Below are positions 37,127 to 48,300 of a stretch of DNA of 53,977 nucleotides, piece after piece. Made by a program: the position numbers and the translations under genes. The stretch is from an uncultured bacterium. Lineage in GTDB: Bacteria; Patescibacteriota; Minisyncoccia; Phycocordibacterales; UBA9973. The stretch covers positions 1-53,977 of the forward strand of contig CAIVNB010000036.1 in NCBI GenBank assembly GCA_903907175.1, given 5' to 3'. The notes beneath the pieces are model-generated. The model did no database searches. It had not been told where the DNA came from and saw nothing but the letters and a program-made list of their open reading frames with translations. The stretch's first letter is position 1. Each line of letters opens with the position of its first letter.

Positions 37127-38101
37127 ATGCCTGAATATAAAATAATTATGCCTTCTAAACCCCGAGTTGTTTTAGAGGAAGGAGACAAGGGAGTTTTTGA
37201 GATAGATGGTTTGTATCCTGGTTATGGTCATACTTTAGGAAATAGTCTTAGAAGGATTATTCTTTCTTCACTACCAGGAGCCAGCGTTACATCGATTAAA
37301 ATCGATGGTATTTCTCATGAATTTTCTACAATAGAGGGGATAAAGGAAGATGTGATTACAATGATTTTGAATATTAAAAAGCTTCGTTTTAAGATTGCAT
37401 CTGATGAACCACAGACTGTTACTCTTTCAGTAAAGGGTCCTAAAAAAATTACAGGTGAAGATATAAAAGTAGGTGGTCAAGTTGAAATTTTAAATAAAGA
37501 TCAATATATTACAGAAATTACAGGTAAAGTAGGTCTTGATATAGAAATAAAAATTGAAAAGGGATTGGGTTTTATTCCTAAAGAAATTTTACAAAAAGAG
37601 AAAGTAGATATTGGTACAATCGCAGTTGACGCAATATTTACTCCAATACGCCGTGTTTCTTATGAAGTAGAAAATATGCGTGTTGGCGATAAGACGAACC
37701 ACAATCGTCTAAGAATTTCAATCGAGACAGACGGGACCTTGATTCCTCGCGAAGCCTTAACTCGTTCAATAGAGATAATGATTAATCAGCTTAAGGCTAT
37801 TGTTGATTTTAAAGAAGAAGAAAAAATTATAATTGAAGAAAAAGAAATAAAAATTAAAGGAAAAGAAAAGGAAGAAGAGAAATCTGAAGATGATTTTTCA
37901 GATATATTAAAGACAAGAACAGATAATTTAGATTTATCAACAAGAACATTAAATGCTCTTACTGCAGCTAACATCAGGACGCTTGGAGGATTGGCAAGAA
38001 AGAGAAGAGAAGATTTACTTGAAGTAGAGGGTATAGGAGAAAAAGGTATTAATGAAATTAAAAAAGTTTTGGGTAAATACGGTTTTAATTTGAAAGAATA
38101 A
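37127..38101 (+). CDS. rpoA: DNA-directed RNA polymerase alpha subunit
   Basis: ORF track, 324 aa. It has an NTD and a CTD (LDLSTRTLNAL). The linker between them is an E/K-rich low-complexity stretch. Confidence 0.95.
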   Translation: MPEYKIIMPSKPRVVLEEGDKGVFEIDGLYPGYGHTLGNSLRRIILSSLPGASVTSIKIDGISHEFSTIEGIKEDVITMILNIKKLRFKIASDEPQTVTLSVKGPKKITGEDIKVGGQVEILNKDQYITEITGKVGLDIEIKIEKGLGFIPKEILQKEKVDIGTIAVDAIFTPIRRVSYEVENMRVGDKTNHNRLRISIETDGTLIPREALTRSIEIMINQLKAIVDFKEEEKIIIEEKEIKIKGKEKEEEKSEDDFSDILKTRTDNLDLSTRTLNALTAANIRTLGGLARKRREDLLEVEGIGEKGINEIKKVLGKYGFNLKE

Positions 38102-38110
38102 TATATATTT

Positions 38111-38464
38111 ATGAGACACCATAATACTAAAAGAAAATTTGGAAGAGAGAAAAATCAAAGGAATGCGTTGATGAATTCATTGGCATTAAATTTGATAGTG
38201 CGTGAAAAAATAAAAACTACAGAACCAAAAGCGAAAGAACTTAGGCCTTTTATTGAAAAAATAATTACTCGTGCAAAAAAGGGGGACCTCGCTTCTCGTA
38301 GGTTGGTAATTTCTAAACTTTCAAATCGTAAAAAAGAAGTGAAAAAAGTTTTTGAAAAAATTGCTCCAAAATATGCCGACAAAAACGGAGGATACACTAG
38401 AATTTTAAAATTGGGAGCAAGAAAATCAGACGGAGCAAAGATGGCTATTATTGAGTTTATATAA
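38111..38464 (+). CDS. rplQ: 50S ribosomal protein L17
   Basis: ORF track, 117 aa. Motif: MRHHNTKRKFGREKNQRNAL. Confidence 0.93.
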   Translation: MRHHNTKRKFGREKNQRNALMNSLALNLIVREKIKTTEPKAKELRPFIEKIITRAKKGDLASRRLVISKLSNRKKEVKKVFEKIAPKYADKNGGYTRILKLGARKSDGAKMAIIEFI

Positions 38465-38468
38465 AAAT

Positions 38469-38834
38469 ATGAAAAATACAAAAAAACAAGAAAATAAAAT
38501 AATAGATGCGAAAGATAAGACACTAGGAAGAGTGTCAACTGAGATAGCAATGTCTTTGATGGGCAAGACAAGCGCCAAATTTGAACGCAATACATATTGT
38601 GGATTTCCTGTAAAAGTTATAAATTCAGGCAAAATAAAAATTACAGCTAAAAAATTAGATGAAATAGTTCACAAGAGATACTCAGGCATGAGAGGTGGGC
38701 TTCGAATCTTAAAAGGCACAGAAACACGTGAGAAAAAAGGAATGAAAGAATTAGTAAGATTAGCAACTTATCAAATGCTACCAGATAATAAAATAAGGAG
38801 AGAGATGATGAAAAATTTAACAATTGAGGAATAA
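38469..38834 (+). CDS. rplM: 50S ribosomal protein L13
   Basis: The ORF track entry 38451-38834 (TTG start) is trimmed to ATG 38469. Motif: IDAKDKTLGRVSTEIAMSLMGK. Confidence 0.92.
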   Translation: MKNTKKQENKIIDAKDKTLGRVSTEIAMSLMGKTSAKFERNTYCGFPVKVINSGKIKITAKKLDEIVHKRYSGMRGGLRILKGTETREKKGMKELVRLATYQMLPDNKIRREMMKNLTIEE

Positions 38835-38842
38835 TTAATATT

Positions 38843-39259
38843 ATGGAAAAGGAAAAAAAGATAACTAAAGAAAAATTCATCGAAGCAGTTGGAAGAAGAA
38901 AAACTTCTACTGCTCGTGTACGCATCACAAGCTCTAGTAAACCAAGTTTCATCGTAAATGGGAAAGACGCAAAGGAATATTTTAAGACTGAAGAACAGCG
39001 TCGTTTAATACAAGACCCTATCGCTAAAGTTAAACCTGGGAGTAAATGGGAGGTGGAAGTAAGAGTAAAAGGTGGGGGAATACACTCACAGGCAGAAGCT
39101 GTACGACATGGCCTTGCTCGAGCTCTAGTCGGAGGAGAGTTAGAGTTAAGGGGAAAAATGAAGACATTGGGATATTTAAAGAGAGATCCAAGAGCAAAAG
39201 AACGAAGAAAGTTCGGATTGAAAAAAGCTCGCAAAGCTCCTCAGTGGTCTAAACGTTAA
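38843..39259 (+). CDS. rpsI: 30S ribosomal protein S9
   Basis: ORF track, 138 aa. Motif GRRKTSTARVRI and C-terminal ..QWSKR. Confidence 0.95.
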   Translation: MEKEKKITKEKFIEAVGRRKTSTARVRITSSSKPSFIVNGKDAKEYFKTEEQRRLIQDPIAKVKPGSKWEVEVRVKGGGIHSQAEAVRHGLARALVGGELELRGKMKTLGYLKRDPRAKERRKFGLKKARKAPQWSKR

Positions 39260-39266
39260 AATATAT

Positions 39267-39295
39267 AAAAATCCCCCTATTAGGGGGATTTTTTG
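39267..39295 (+). terminator. Rho-independent terminator of the r-protein operon
   Basis: aaaatccccct (39267-39278) pairs with agggggatttt (39282-39292) in a perfect stem with a T-run. Confidence 0.75.
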
Positions 39296-39319
39296 GATAT
39301 TTAATAAATATGTTAAAAT

Positions 39320-39964
39320 ATGAGTATGAAGAAAATGAATGATGAAATAGTAAAAAAAGATAAAAATAAAGAAAATGAACCTTCTCTAATTACAGAGGGC
39401 AGTCCTTCCGAAGTAGATAATTCTGAGGTTCTTGAATTTGAATTCAATGATGATGGAGAAGAAGACTTAAAAAAGACCATTAAAAAAATGCGTGCCGATT
39501 TAAATGCATGCAAGAAAGAAAAGGAAGAATATCTAATTGGTTGGCAAAAAGAACGAGCAGATTTTGTAAATTATAAAAAACAAGAAGAAGATAGAAAAGC
39601 TAACTTTTCGGAAAGCTTGCGTGAAAGAATCTTGACTCGGTTTTTGACCGTTGCGGATAGTTTCAATATGGCATTTGCAAATCGTGAAGCATGGGAGAAA
39701 GTAGATGAAAATTGGAGGAAAGGAGTGGAATATATTTATACTCAAATGAACACGATCTTTGAAGAATATGGGGTTAAAAGTATTGGTGAGACAGGGGAAA
39801 GCTTTGATCACAATATTCATCATTCTATAGAGATGGTTTTTACAGATAAAAAAGAAGATGATCATAAAATTGCAGAAGTTATTCAAAAAGGATATAAATT
39901 AGGGGATAGAGTAATTCGTCCCGCTCGAGTGAATGTATTTGAGTATCATGAATCAGGGAACTAA
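39320..39964 (+). CDS. grpE: Nucleotide exchange factor GrpE
   Basis: ORF track, 214 aa. It has an acidic N-terminus, a coiled coil and a C-terminal beta domain (VIQKGYKLGDRVIRPARV). Confidence 0.85.
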   Translation: MSMKKMNDEIVKKDKNKENEPSLITEGSPSEVDNSEVLEFEFNDDGEEDLKKTIKKMRADLNACKKEKEEYLIGWQKERADFVNYKKQEEDRKANFSESLRERILTRFLTVADSFNMAFANREAWEKVDENWRKGVEYIYTQMNTIFEEYGVKSIGETGESFDHNIHHSIEMVFTDKKEDDHKIAEVIQKGYKLGDRVIRPARVNVFEYHESGN

Positions 39965-41642
39965 AAGATGCAAGAATTGCGAACAGAACTTTCTCATAGA
40001 GACTGAAGATTTTAATTTTTACGAAAAAATAAAAGTTCCACCACCTACTTGGTGTCCGGATTGTCGTCAGCAACGACGTTATGCCTGGCGAAACGAGCGT
40101 ATTTTATATCGCAGAGATTGTGATCTTTGTGGTAAGAGTACCGTTACTATTTATTCACCGAATAAGAATTTAAAAGTATATTGTATAAATTGCTGGTGGG
40201 GAGATGGCTGGGACCCTGCTTCTTATGGTAGGGATTTTGATTTTTCGCGTACCTTTTTTGAACAATTTAAAGAGCTTCAAACTGATGTTCCTAGAATTGC
40301 AGTATTTAATAAAAATAATATAAATTCTGATTACACAAATCATTCTGGTGACAACAAGAACACTTATTTATCTTCTTGTGCCTTTCGCGATGAAGATGTC
40401 ATGTATTCAAATTGGATTATGAAATCAAGAAATTGTATGGATTGTAGTTATATTTATGAAAGCGGAGAAACGCTATATGAATGTATTGATTCAAGAAAAT
40501 CTTACGAATGTCAGTATGGATTTTTATTAGAAAATTGTATGAATAGTTTTTATTGCTACGATTGCCATAATTGCAATAATTGCTTTATGTCTTCTAATTT
40601 ACGTAATAAAAATTACGTCTTTAAGAATAAACAATATTCTCGTGAGGAATATATAGAAAAAGTGAAGGAATATAATTTAAGCTCATACAAAACTCGTGAA
40701 AAATTGTACAAAGAATTTATAGATCTAATGAAATATGATTCTGTGCATAGATATGTTGTAAGTGAAAGAAATGTAAATTGTGATGGTAGTATGCTTTTTA
40801 ATAGTAAGAATACAAAAATTTGTTTTGATTCAGACTATGTTGAAGATTCAAAATATATTTATTCAGTTACATCATTAAAATCTTCTATGGATTTATATCA
40901 TATAGGTTGGGGTACAGAACTTGCATATGAAATACATGGAAGTAAAGGTTATTACAATTGCCAATTTTGTAATCATAGTGCTGATAATACAAACATGATG
41001 TATTCTGATTCTTGCCAAAATTGTGAAAATCTTTTTGGTTGTATATCTGTTAAAAAAGGTAAGTATATGATCTTGAATAAAAAATATGAAAAAAAAGAGT
41101 ATGAAGTTTTAAGAGAAAAAATTATTGAACATATGAAAAATACCGGAGAATTTGGAGAATTTTTTCCACCAAATATTTCACCATTTTGTTACAATGAAAC
41201 TCAGGGGAATTATTATATGCCACTAACAAAAGAAGAAGTTTTGGAGCGTGGTTGGAAGTGGGAAGAAAAAATTCCTGGAGTATTTGGAAAGGAAAATATT
41301 AAGGGAGAAGATATCCCAGATAAGATTGAAGAAGTGGGTGAAGATGTATACAAAAAAATATTCAAATGTATTGATTGTACTAAAAATTATAATATTGTTC
41401 CTGATGAATTTTCTTTTTACAAAAGAGAAAAAATTCCGTTACCTAGACGTTGTCCTGAATGTAGATACAAAAAAAGATTTGCAATTCGAAGCCCACGCAA
41501 ACTTTGGCACAGAAGTTGTATGTGTGAAAAAAAGAATCATGATCACGCAGAAAAATGTAAAACAGAATTTGAAACTCCTTATTGTCCTGACAAGGAAGAG
41601 AAAGTATTTTGTGAAGAATGCTACAACAAAGAAATTTACTAA
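39948..41642 (+). CDS. Cys-rich multi-zinc-ribbon protein of unknown function (paralogue B)
   Basis: The ORF track entry 39933-41642 is trimmed to ATG 39948, because MNQGTKRCKNCEQNF aligns with MNRESKICQNCKKDF of paralogue A. It overlaps the grpE 3' end by 17 nt. Confidence 0.8.
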   Translation: MNQGTKRCKNCEQNFLIETEDFNFYEKIKVPPPTWCPDCRQQRRYAWRNERILYRRDCDLCGKSTVTIYSPNKNLKVYCINCWWGDGWDPASYGRDFDFSRTFFEQFKELQTDVPRIAVFNKNNINSDYTNHSGDNKNTYLSSCAFRDEDVMYSNWIMKSRNCMDCSYIYESGETLYECIDSRKSYECQYGFLLENCMNSFYCYDCHNCNNCFMSSNLRNKNYVFKNKQYSREEYIEKVKEYNLSSYKTREKLYKEFIDLMKYDSVHRYVVSERNVNCDGSMLFNSKNTKICFDSDYVEDSKYIYSVTSLKSSMDLYHIGWGTELAYEIHGSKGYYNCQFCNHSADNTNMMYSDSCQNCENLFGCISVKKGKYMILNKKYEKKEYEVLREKIIEHMKNTGEFGEFFPPNISPFCYNETQGNYYMPLTKEEVLERGWKWEEKIPGVFGKENIKGEDIPDKIEEVGEDVYKKIFKCIDCTKNYNIVPDEFSFYKREKIPLPRRCPECRYKKRFAIRSPRKLWHRSCMCEKKNHDHAEKCKTEFETPYCPDKEEKVFCEECYNKEIY

Positions 41643-41657
41643 AAACTATAAACAAAA

Positions 41658-41683
41658 AACCTGACAATTTTGTCAGGTTTTTT
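41658..41683. terminator. Bidirectional rho-independent terminator
   Basis: aacctgaca (41658-41666) pairs with tgtcaggtt (41671-41679) in a perfect 9-bp stem. A T-run follows and an A-run precedes it. Confidence 0.75.
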
Positions 41684-41691
41684 GATGTTTT

Positions 41692-41976
41692 CTAGTCGTT
41701 CATGTGGATAACTTTTAGTTTATAGAATTTTGGTTTTTCAGGCTCCACATTTGCCTTCTTTTTGGGGGCACGGATAGGCTTCTCTCCAGACTCGATTTGT
41801 TTGATAATTTTCTCTAAATCTTCAGCTAAGTAGACTCGATAATTGTTTATTGGGTGTCTTTTTGCAACTAGCTTTCCATCTCTATCCCAGTTGCGAAGAG
41901 TGAGTTTTGAGACTCCAAGCATAGCTCCCGCATCTTTTATATTTATAAATTTCTTCTCCATAAGGATAGTATACAT
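41692..41976 (-). CDS. Small MerR-type helix-turn-helix DNA-binding protein with no effector domain
   Basis: ORF track, 94 aa. The motif IKDAGAMLGVSKLTLRNWDRDGKLVAKRHPINNYRVYLAEDLEKI fits the MerR/excisionase-like HTH pattern. An alternative start is M6 at 41961. Confidence 0.65.
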   Translation of the reverse strand: MYTILMEKKFINIKDAGAMLGVSKLTLRNWDRDGKLVAKRHPINNYRVYLAEDLEKIIKQIESGEKPIRAPKKKANVEPEKPKFYKLKVIHMND

Positions 41977-42181
41977 TGATAAACATTACTAGACAAGTGG
42001 AAAACTTTTCAATCTTTATTAATGTTTCGAAAATATTTTGTTTTTTTAATTTTTATTTCCTTAAGTATGTTTTTTTAGGTTTCAAAATGAGTTTGAGAGT
42101 TATTCTAATAGAAATTGGAGAACTTTTGAGCCAGTATTTCTAACATAAAAATGAATATATTTTTCTATATATTTTATTTTA

Positions 42182-42213
42182 AAACACTCATAAATCACGA
42201 TTTATGAGTGTTT
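42182..42213. promoter_or_regulatory. Perfect 14-bp inverted repeat (candidate operator or RNA hairpin) upstream of the giant gene
   Basis: aaacactcataaat-cacg-atttatgagtgttt. There is no T-run after it. It lies 95 nt upstream of ATG 42308. Confidence 0.5.
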
Positions 42214-42266
42214 AGATTCCTCTTTTAATTTTTATTAAAAAACACCAAAATACCTGGGTTTTATTG

Positions 42267-42295
42267 TTGTTAAAGGTTTTTCGTTAGTTTATAAT
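42267..42295 (+). promoter_or_regulatory. Possible promoter of the giant gene
   Basis: TTGTTA (42267-42272), 17-nt spacer, TATAAT (42290-42295). This would give a nearly leaderless mRNA, so the call is weak. Confidence 0.25.
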
Positions 42296-42307
42296 ATATA
42301 GGTAAAT

Positions 42308-45300
42308 ATGAGAAAATTTCTCCACGAAAAAATTAAATTTTTAAAAAATTCTACTATTTGGTTAATCGATAAAACGAACCTCGATTTTTTCTATCGTAGG
42401 CGAGTGCGTGATAAATTAAAACTTCTAGAAAACTTTAAGAATCAAAAAATTATCAACTTTAAAAATAAATTAACAACTAGCAATTATAAAAAAATGGAAA
42501 ACTTATTAAAACAAATAAATAGAAAAAGAAAAAATATATCTCAGCTATTTCGAGAAGTCAAAAAAATAAAAAGAGCCCAAGTTTTAGTTAGTCTTGTTTT
42601 AATTTTTTCTCTAGTTTCTTTTTTTTATAATCCTAAACTAGTTGAGGCTGCGGGGACAGTTAATATAACATATAGCACGAGTCCAGCTAAAACAGGAGTG
42701 GTTACTATTACGGCTACTTATTCTAAAGCAGTACCCCAGACTCCAAATATAAGCATCAACCAACCTGGATCAATAGATATTTCAAATCAACCAATGACAG
42801 GAAGTGGAACAACTTGGACTTATGACTATACTGTTAATTCTGCTAATGGTAGTACTTATATTGATGGCACAACTACAGTAACTTTATCTAATGAGTTTAC
42901 TCCAGCTGTTAGTGCAACAGGAGGGACAATTACATACACAGATTCTTCAGGATTAAATCCGAGATCCTCGCCAGCTTATTCTGGTGGTTATACGGTGCAT
43001 ACATTTATTACAGGAGGAACTTTTTCTGTTGTTTCAGCAGGAATAGTCGATGCCTTAATTGTTGCTGGTGGAGGTGGAGGTGGATATTATAATGGTGGAG
43101 GAGGTGGTGCAGGAGGAGTAATCTATAATACATCGTATTCTACAACAACTGGGAATATTACTATTACCGTGGGAACTGGGGGAGATGGTGGGGTGTCTGG
43201 AAATAATACATCTGCATACGGTAAAAATGGAGGAAATTCAGTATTTGCATCTTTAACTGCTTATGGTGGTGGTGGTGGAGATAATGCATATTATGGTCTA
43301 GGAGCAGGTAATGCAGGAGGTTCAGGTGGCGGAGGAAATGGTGGGGGAAGCGGAGAAACTGGACAAGGATACAGAGGAGGAAATTTTGCTGGAGGAGCTG
43401 TTAACGGAGGAGGTGGAGGAGCAGGAGGAATTGGGGGACAAAGTAATGGAGGAACGGGTATTAGTAATTCAATTTTAGGTTCTTCTAATGATTATGCTGG
43501 TGGAGGTGGGGGAGGTCAACTTGGATCAGGAAGTTATGGCGGAGGAAGTGGAGGAGGACAAGCCAAAACTCTTGCTACTGCTGGAACTGATGGGACAGGA
43601 GGAGGTGGTGGTGGAGGAGGAGGAGGATATGATCCCTACGCTATTGGAAGAAAAGGCGGTTCTGGAATAGTAATTGTAAGATATCCTACAGATGCTCAAA
43701 CTTTTAACGCTTCAAATAATACATTCTCAATTGATACGACCAGCCCAGCTCTTTCTGGAGCTACAATAGCATCTGTTACCGCTGACACTACACCTGACTT
43801 TACGTTTACTTCAAGTGAAGCAGGAACGATAAGTTACGGTGGTTCATGTTCTTCTGCTATCACTAGCGCAATTTCAGGTTCTAATACTGTAACTTTTAAT
43901 ACCCTTACAAACGGTACTTATAGTAATTGTACTGTGACGGTGACCGATGTTGCCACAAATGCTTCTACTGCTCTTTCTGTGCCGACGTTTTTAGTGGACT
44001 CTACGGCTTTAATACTTTCTTCAGGTACTCATGCTTATAATGCATATACTTGGTCAAATTATGCAAACGTTTATATTATCGGAGCAGCAAGTTTCCAAGG
44101 AGGGGCAAATGCTTTTAATTTTGGAGCAGCAAACTTATCTATCAAAAGTGGTGGATCACTTATTACCTTACCTTCAGCTACAACTGGATCTGGTGCAGTG
44201 GGAGTTACAATAAGTACCACAGGAAATATTACGATTGACTCTGGAGGTTCCATTAATGGAGCCGGAAGAGGTTATGCTGGTGGTGCAACAAGCTCTTCAG
44301 GTAAAGGAGAAGGTGCTGGAGCTTATGGACAATGGGAAGGTTCTAACGGAGCTTCTCATGGTGGAACAGGAGGAAAAGGAATATCAAATGGCGCAGTTGC
44401 TGCAACTTATGGATCTTCAACAAGTCCAGTGACTCTCGGTTCTGGTGGTGGTGGTTATGGTAATGGAAGTGGTGGAGCTGGAGGTGGAGCAATAAAATTA
44501 AGTACAAGTGGAATAGTGACAGTGAATGGAACTATATCTACAAATGGATCTAATGGTTCAGGCGGAGGAGGTGCGGGAGGAAGTGTTTGGATAGTTGCTG
44601 GAACTTTAATCGGTAGTAATGATGCAATTATTTCTGCCAATGGTGGAACTGGTGGTGGTTACAATGGTGGAGGTGGAGCAGGTAGAATAAAATTAGAAAC
44701 TACTGGAGTAGATACTTATGCTGGGTCTGTTAAGGTTGAAGGATCTCGGGGTCTTACTGCAGGAAATTCGGGAAGCATAGAAAGAACTGTTGGTACTCCT
44801 GGTACTATTACTATAGCTGCAGGTAAAACTGTAATTTGGACAAAAGGAGATCATACTTTTAATAATGTAATTATTGAATCGACTGGAGTGCTTTCTGGAG
44901 GACTTGCTGAAGCAGGAGGAACTGGTGCTTCTTATATGAGTTATTATTATGGTGGTGGAACTGGGCCAGGACGTTCTGGATTTGATAGTTCTGGTGGAGC
45001 AGGTCACGGTGGTGTGGGTGCAAGTGGAAATACTAGCCATAGTAGTTATGGTGCTGGTGGATCGACTTACGATTCAGCTACGGCTCCAGCTCTGACAGGT
45101 TCAGGCGGAGGCGGAGGAGATGGTGGCATATATGGTGGCTCTGGAGGAGGAGCAATAAAATTAACTATTACAGGTACATTAACTAATAATGGAAGTATCT
45201 TGGCAAATGCTACAGCGGGTACTGGAGGTGGTGGAGGTTCAGGGGGAAGTGTTTGGATTAATGCTCCGGGTGCTACTGTTACTGGGGCTGGTGTATATTC

Positions 45301-48300
45301 TGCAACTGGAAGTTCTTCTAGCAATGGAGGAGGTGGAGGAGGCGGTAGGATATCTTTCACTGCAGGAACAAATTTAAATTTTTCTGGAACCCCTACTATT
45401 ACAGTTACAGCTGGATCAAGTGGGTCTGGTTCGCCTACTGCGGGAGTTGGAACAGTATATGGTATTATGTATTCTGGAGTAACTAGTCCTACTGCTGGGC
45501 AGACATTAAAAACACTTTCAACAGTTACAGGAACTTCCGGAGATTATAGTGGTGGTACTATTACTGGTGTTAAAGTTTCTATAAATAAAGGAGGTTTATG
45601 TTGGGGTGGAAGTAGTTTTAATCAAGCCTGTCCATATTTTACTTCCAACAGTGCAACAAATACTGGTACAAATTTTTCAACTTGGTCTTTTGCTTTTCCT
45701 TCATTCACAAGTTCACTAGCAGGAGATAGTATAACAATCCAATCACAAGCAACGTCTTCTACCTCAGGAACTGAAGCCGTAGGAGCCGGTGTCGCTTTTA
45801 CTTTCGATAATGTTGCACCAACAAATCAAGATACAGTTTTTAGCACAAACACAGAAAGGCAAAGTGGAGCTAACGTAACAGTAACCAGTGCAGCAGAGAC
45901 AGGTGGTGCAATATGGTTTGCACCAAATGGAACTTCAACATTTTCTGCTGGAGCAACTATGACTACTGCTAGTGGAACAGCGACATTGATTGCTGCACCA
46001 GCTACAGTAGGAGCTTATCGTCTATATATTATCGACGCAGCGGGTAACGTTTCTTCTGCATCGACAGCTATTTTAACTGTTGATAATACTGCACCGACAA
46101 TAACTTCTACTACACCAACAACGAATGCATATATTAGTACTTCAACAGTTAGTTATACTTTAACAGAAGCAAATACGGTAGCTTCCGGATCAGTAACTTG
46201 GACAAGAACAGGTGGGACAGCCGATGCCGGTTCACCACATATACAAGCTCTAACTGGTGCAGAATTAAATATTGGAGCCCATGCAAATATTACTCTAACA
46301 AATAATCCGACTCTCGTTGATGGAACTATATATGCGATTACATTTGATGCTACAGATAATTCTGGAAATGCTGCAACTCAAGTTTCAAGTACTGGAGTTA
46401 CTTACGATACAATTCCACCTGGAGTGACTCTCTCAACAACGGTCGTCGGAGGTTTAACGAATTTACCGATACCAGTCACTGTTACCTTTACAGAAGATGT
46501 AACAGGTTTTGACAGCACTGATATTACCCTTGGAAGTGGAACAGTATCTTCATTCTCTGGAACAGGTTCCGTTTATACATTTACCGCTAATCCAACTTCT
46601 CAAGGAACTGAAACAATTAACATCGCTGGAAGTAAGGCAGTAGACTTAGCGGGAAATAACAACACAGCTGCGACACAATTATCTATAACCTATGATACCC
46701 AAGCACCGACGGTGACCTATCCGACAAACGTTGCCCAAAGGTTAATGAGTACAAATACTTCGACTTCTACAGTTGCACTAGATGAAGCGGGAATAATTTA
46801 TTTAGTAAAAAATGGAACGGGTTCATTAACTGCTCAAGCAGATTCTGCTAACCTCACTGGTCTTGTAATCAGTGGCTCACCTTCGGGCTACACATTTTCA
46901 GGTGGTACATATATTTATAATGGAGTGACGACAGGATCAAGTAGTGTGACAGTAACTCCGACAGGTGCAGGAACGATCACAGTCAATGGTACAGTAGTCG
47001 CATCAGGAGTTGCCTCAAGTGCAATTGATTTAAGTGGTGGCACAGAACAGACGGTCACTGTGACGGTAGTAGAAACGAATAAAAATTTAAAAACTTACGT
47101 TGTTAAGATACTTAAAGTATTATCTTCAACTGGTGGAAATTTTGTAACAGAAAGTGGTGGTTATCGTACTCATGTATTTACTAGTAGTGGAACTTTTACT
47201 TCTAGTGGCTCTTTGACAGGAGAGGTTTTTCTTGTCGGAGGTGGAGGAGGTGCTGCAATATATTCTGGTAGAGGTGGAAATGGTGGTCAGGTAATTGATA
47301 ACGCTTCAGCTTCTATTTCTAGTGGTTCTACTACTGTTACAGTAGGTAGCAATGGTCTTGGAGCGGCAAATTGGCCAGCTCCTTGGAATGGACCAGCAGG
47401 GCAAAATGGAAGCTCTTCGTATTTTGGAGCATTAGTAGCTACGGGTGGAACTGGAGGATCTAGTGCTTGTTGTCAGAGAGGAGGTGATGGTGCTGGTGGT
47501 CAAGGAGGTTCGTATAATACTGGCACTACAAGAGGACTTGGCGGTCCTGGTGTTACTTATAATAACTTTTCTGGATCACCAGTGACCTACTTTGCAGCTG
47601 GTGGAAATAGTGGTGATGGAGGAGCAATTGGTGGAACAAATACTGGAACTGGTGGAGGTGCAATAAACTCAAGTGCCGGTGGACAAAATGGTGGTACTGG
47701 TATCGTTATAGTTAAAATACCTATTGGGGGGACTCAAACTCCAATGCAGACTATTCCAACTTTAAGTTCAACCTACGGAACAAACGTTTCAACAACAATT
47801 TCATCTTCAGGTGCAAATGCAATTTATTACACAACTGATGGAACAAACCCTACTGTAAGTAGTACTTTATATACAGGAGCAATTACTACAAGTAGTGCAA
47901 GAACAATAAAAGCAATTGCAGTGAGAACAGGATATGACAATAGTCCTATCGCAACTATTTCATACGTAGTTGATTGGAATAATGCAATTAATGTCGGGCA
48001 TACGGCATTTAGTGTTGCTAACCCTGCCACTGCGACGACTCCTTATCAGGCTACTTTACCAGCTGGTTTAATTGATGGAGCATATGATGCTGTCGCAATA
48101 GATACAATCGGAAATACATCCGCCCCACTTACTAGTTGGTTGACAGTAGACAATACTGCACCGACAATAACGGTAACTTCGAACGCGACTGGCTCAGGAT
48201 GGTTGAAGATTGGTGATACAATTGTTTTCACAATCACACCTACGACGACTGAAGCTGATGCTACAGTAAATGCAGTTACTTATAATGGTGAGGCTCTTAC

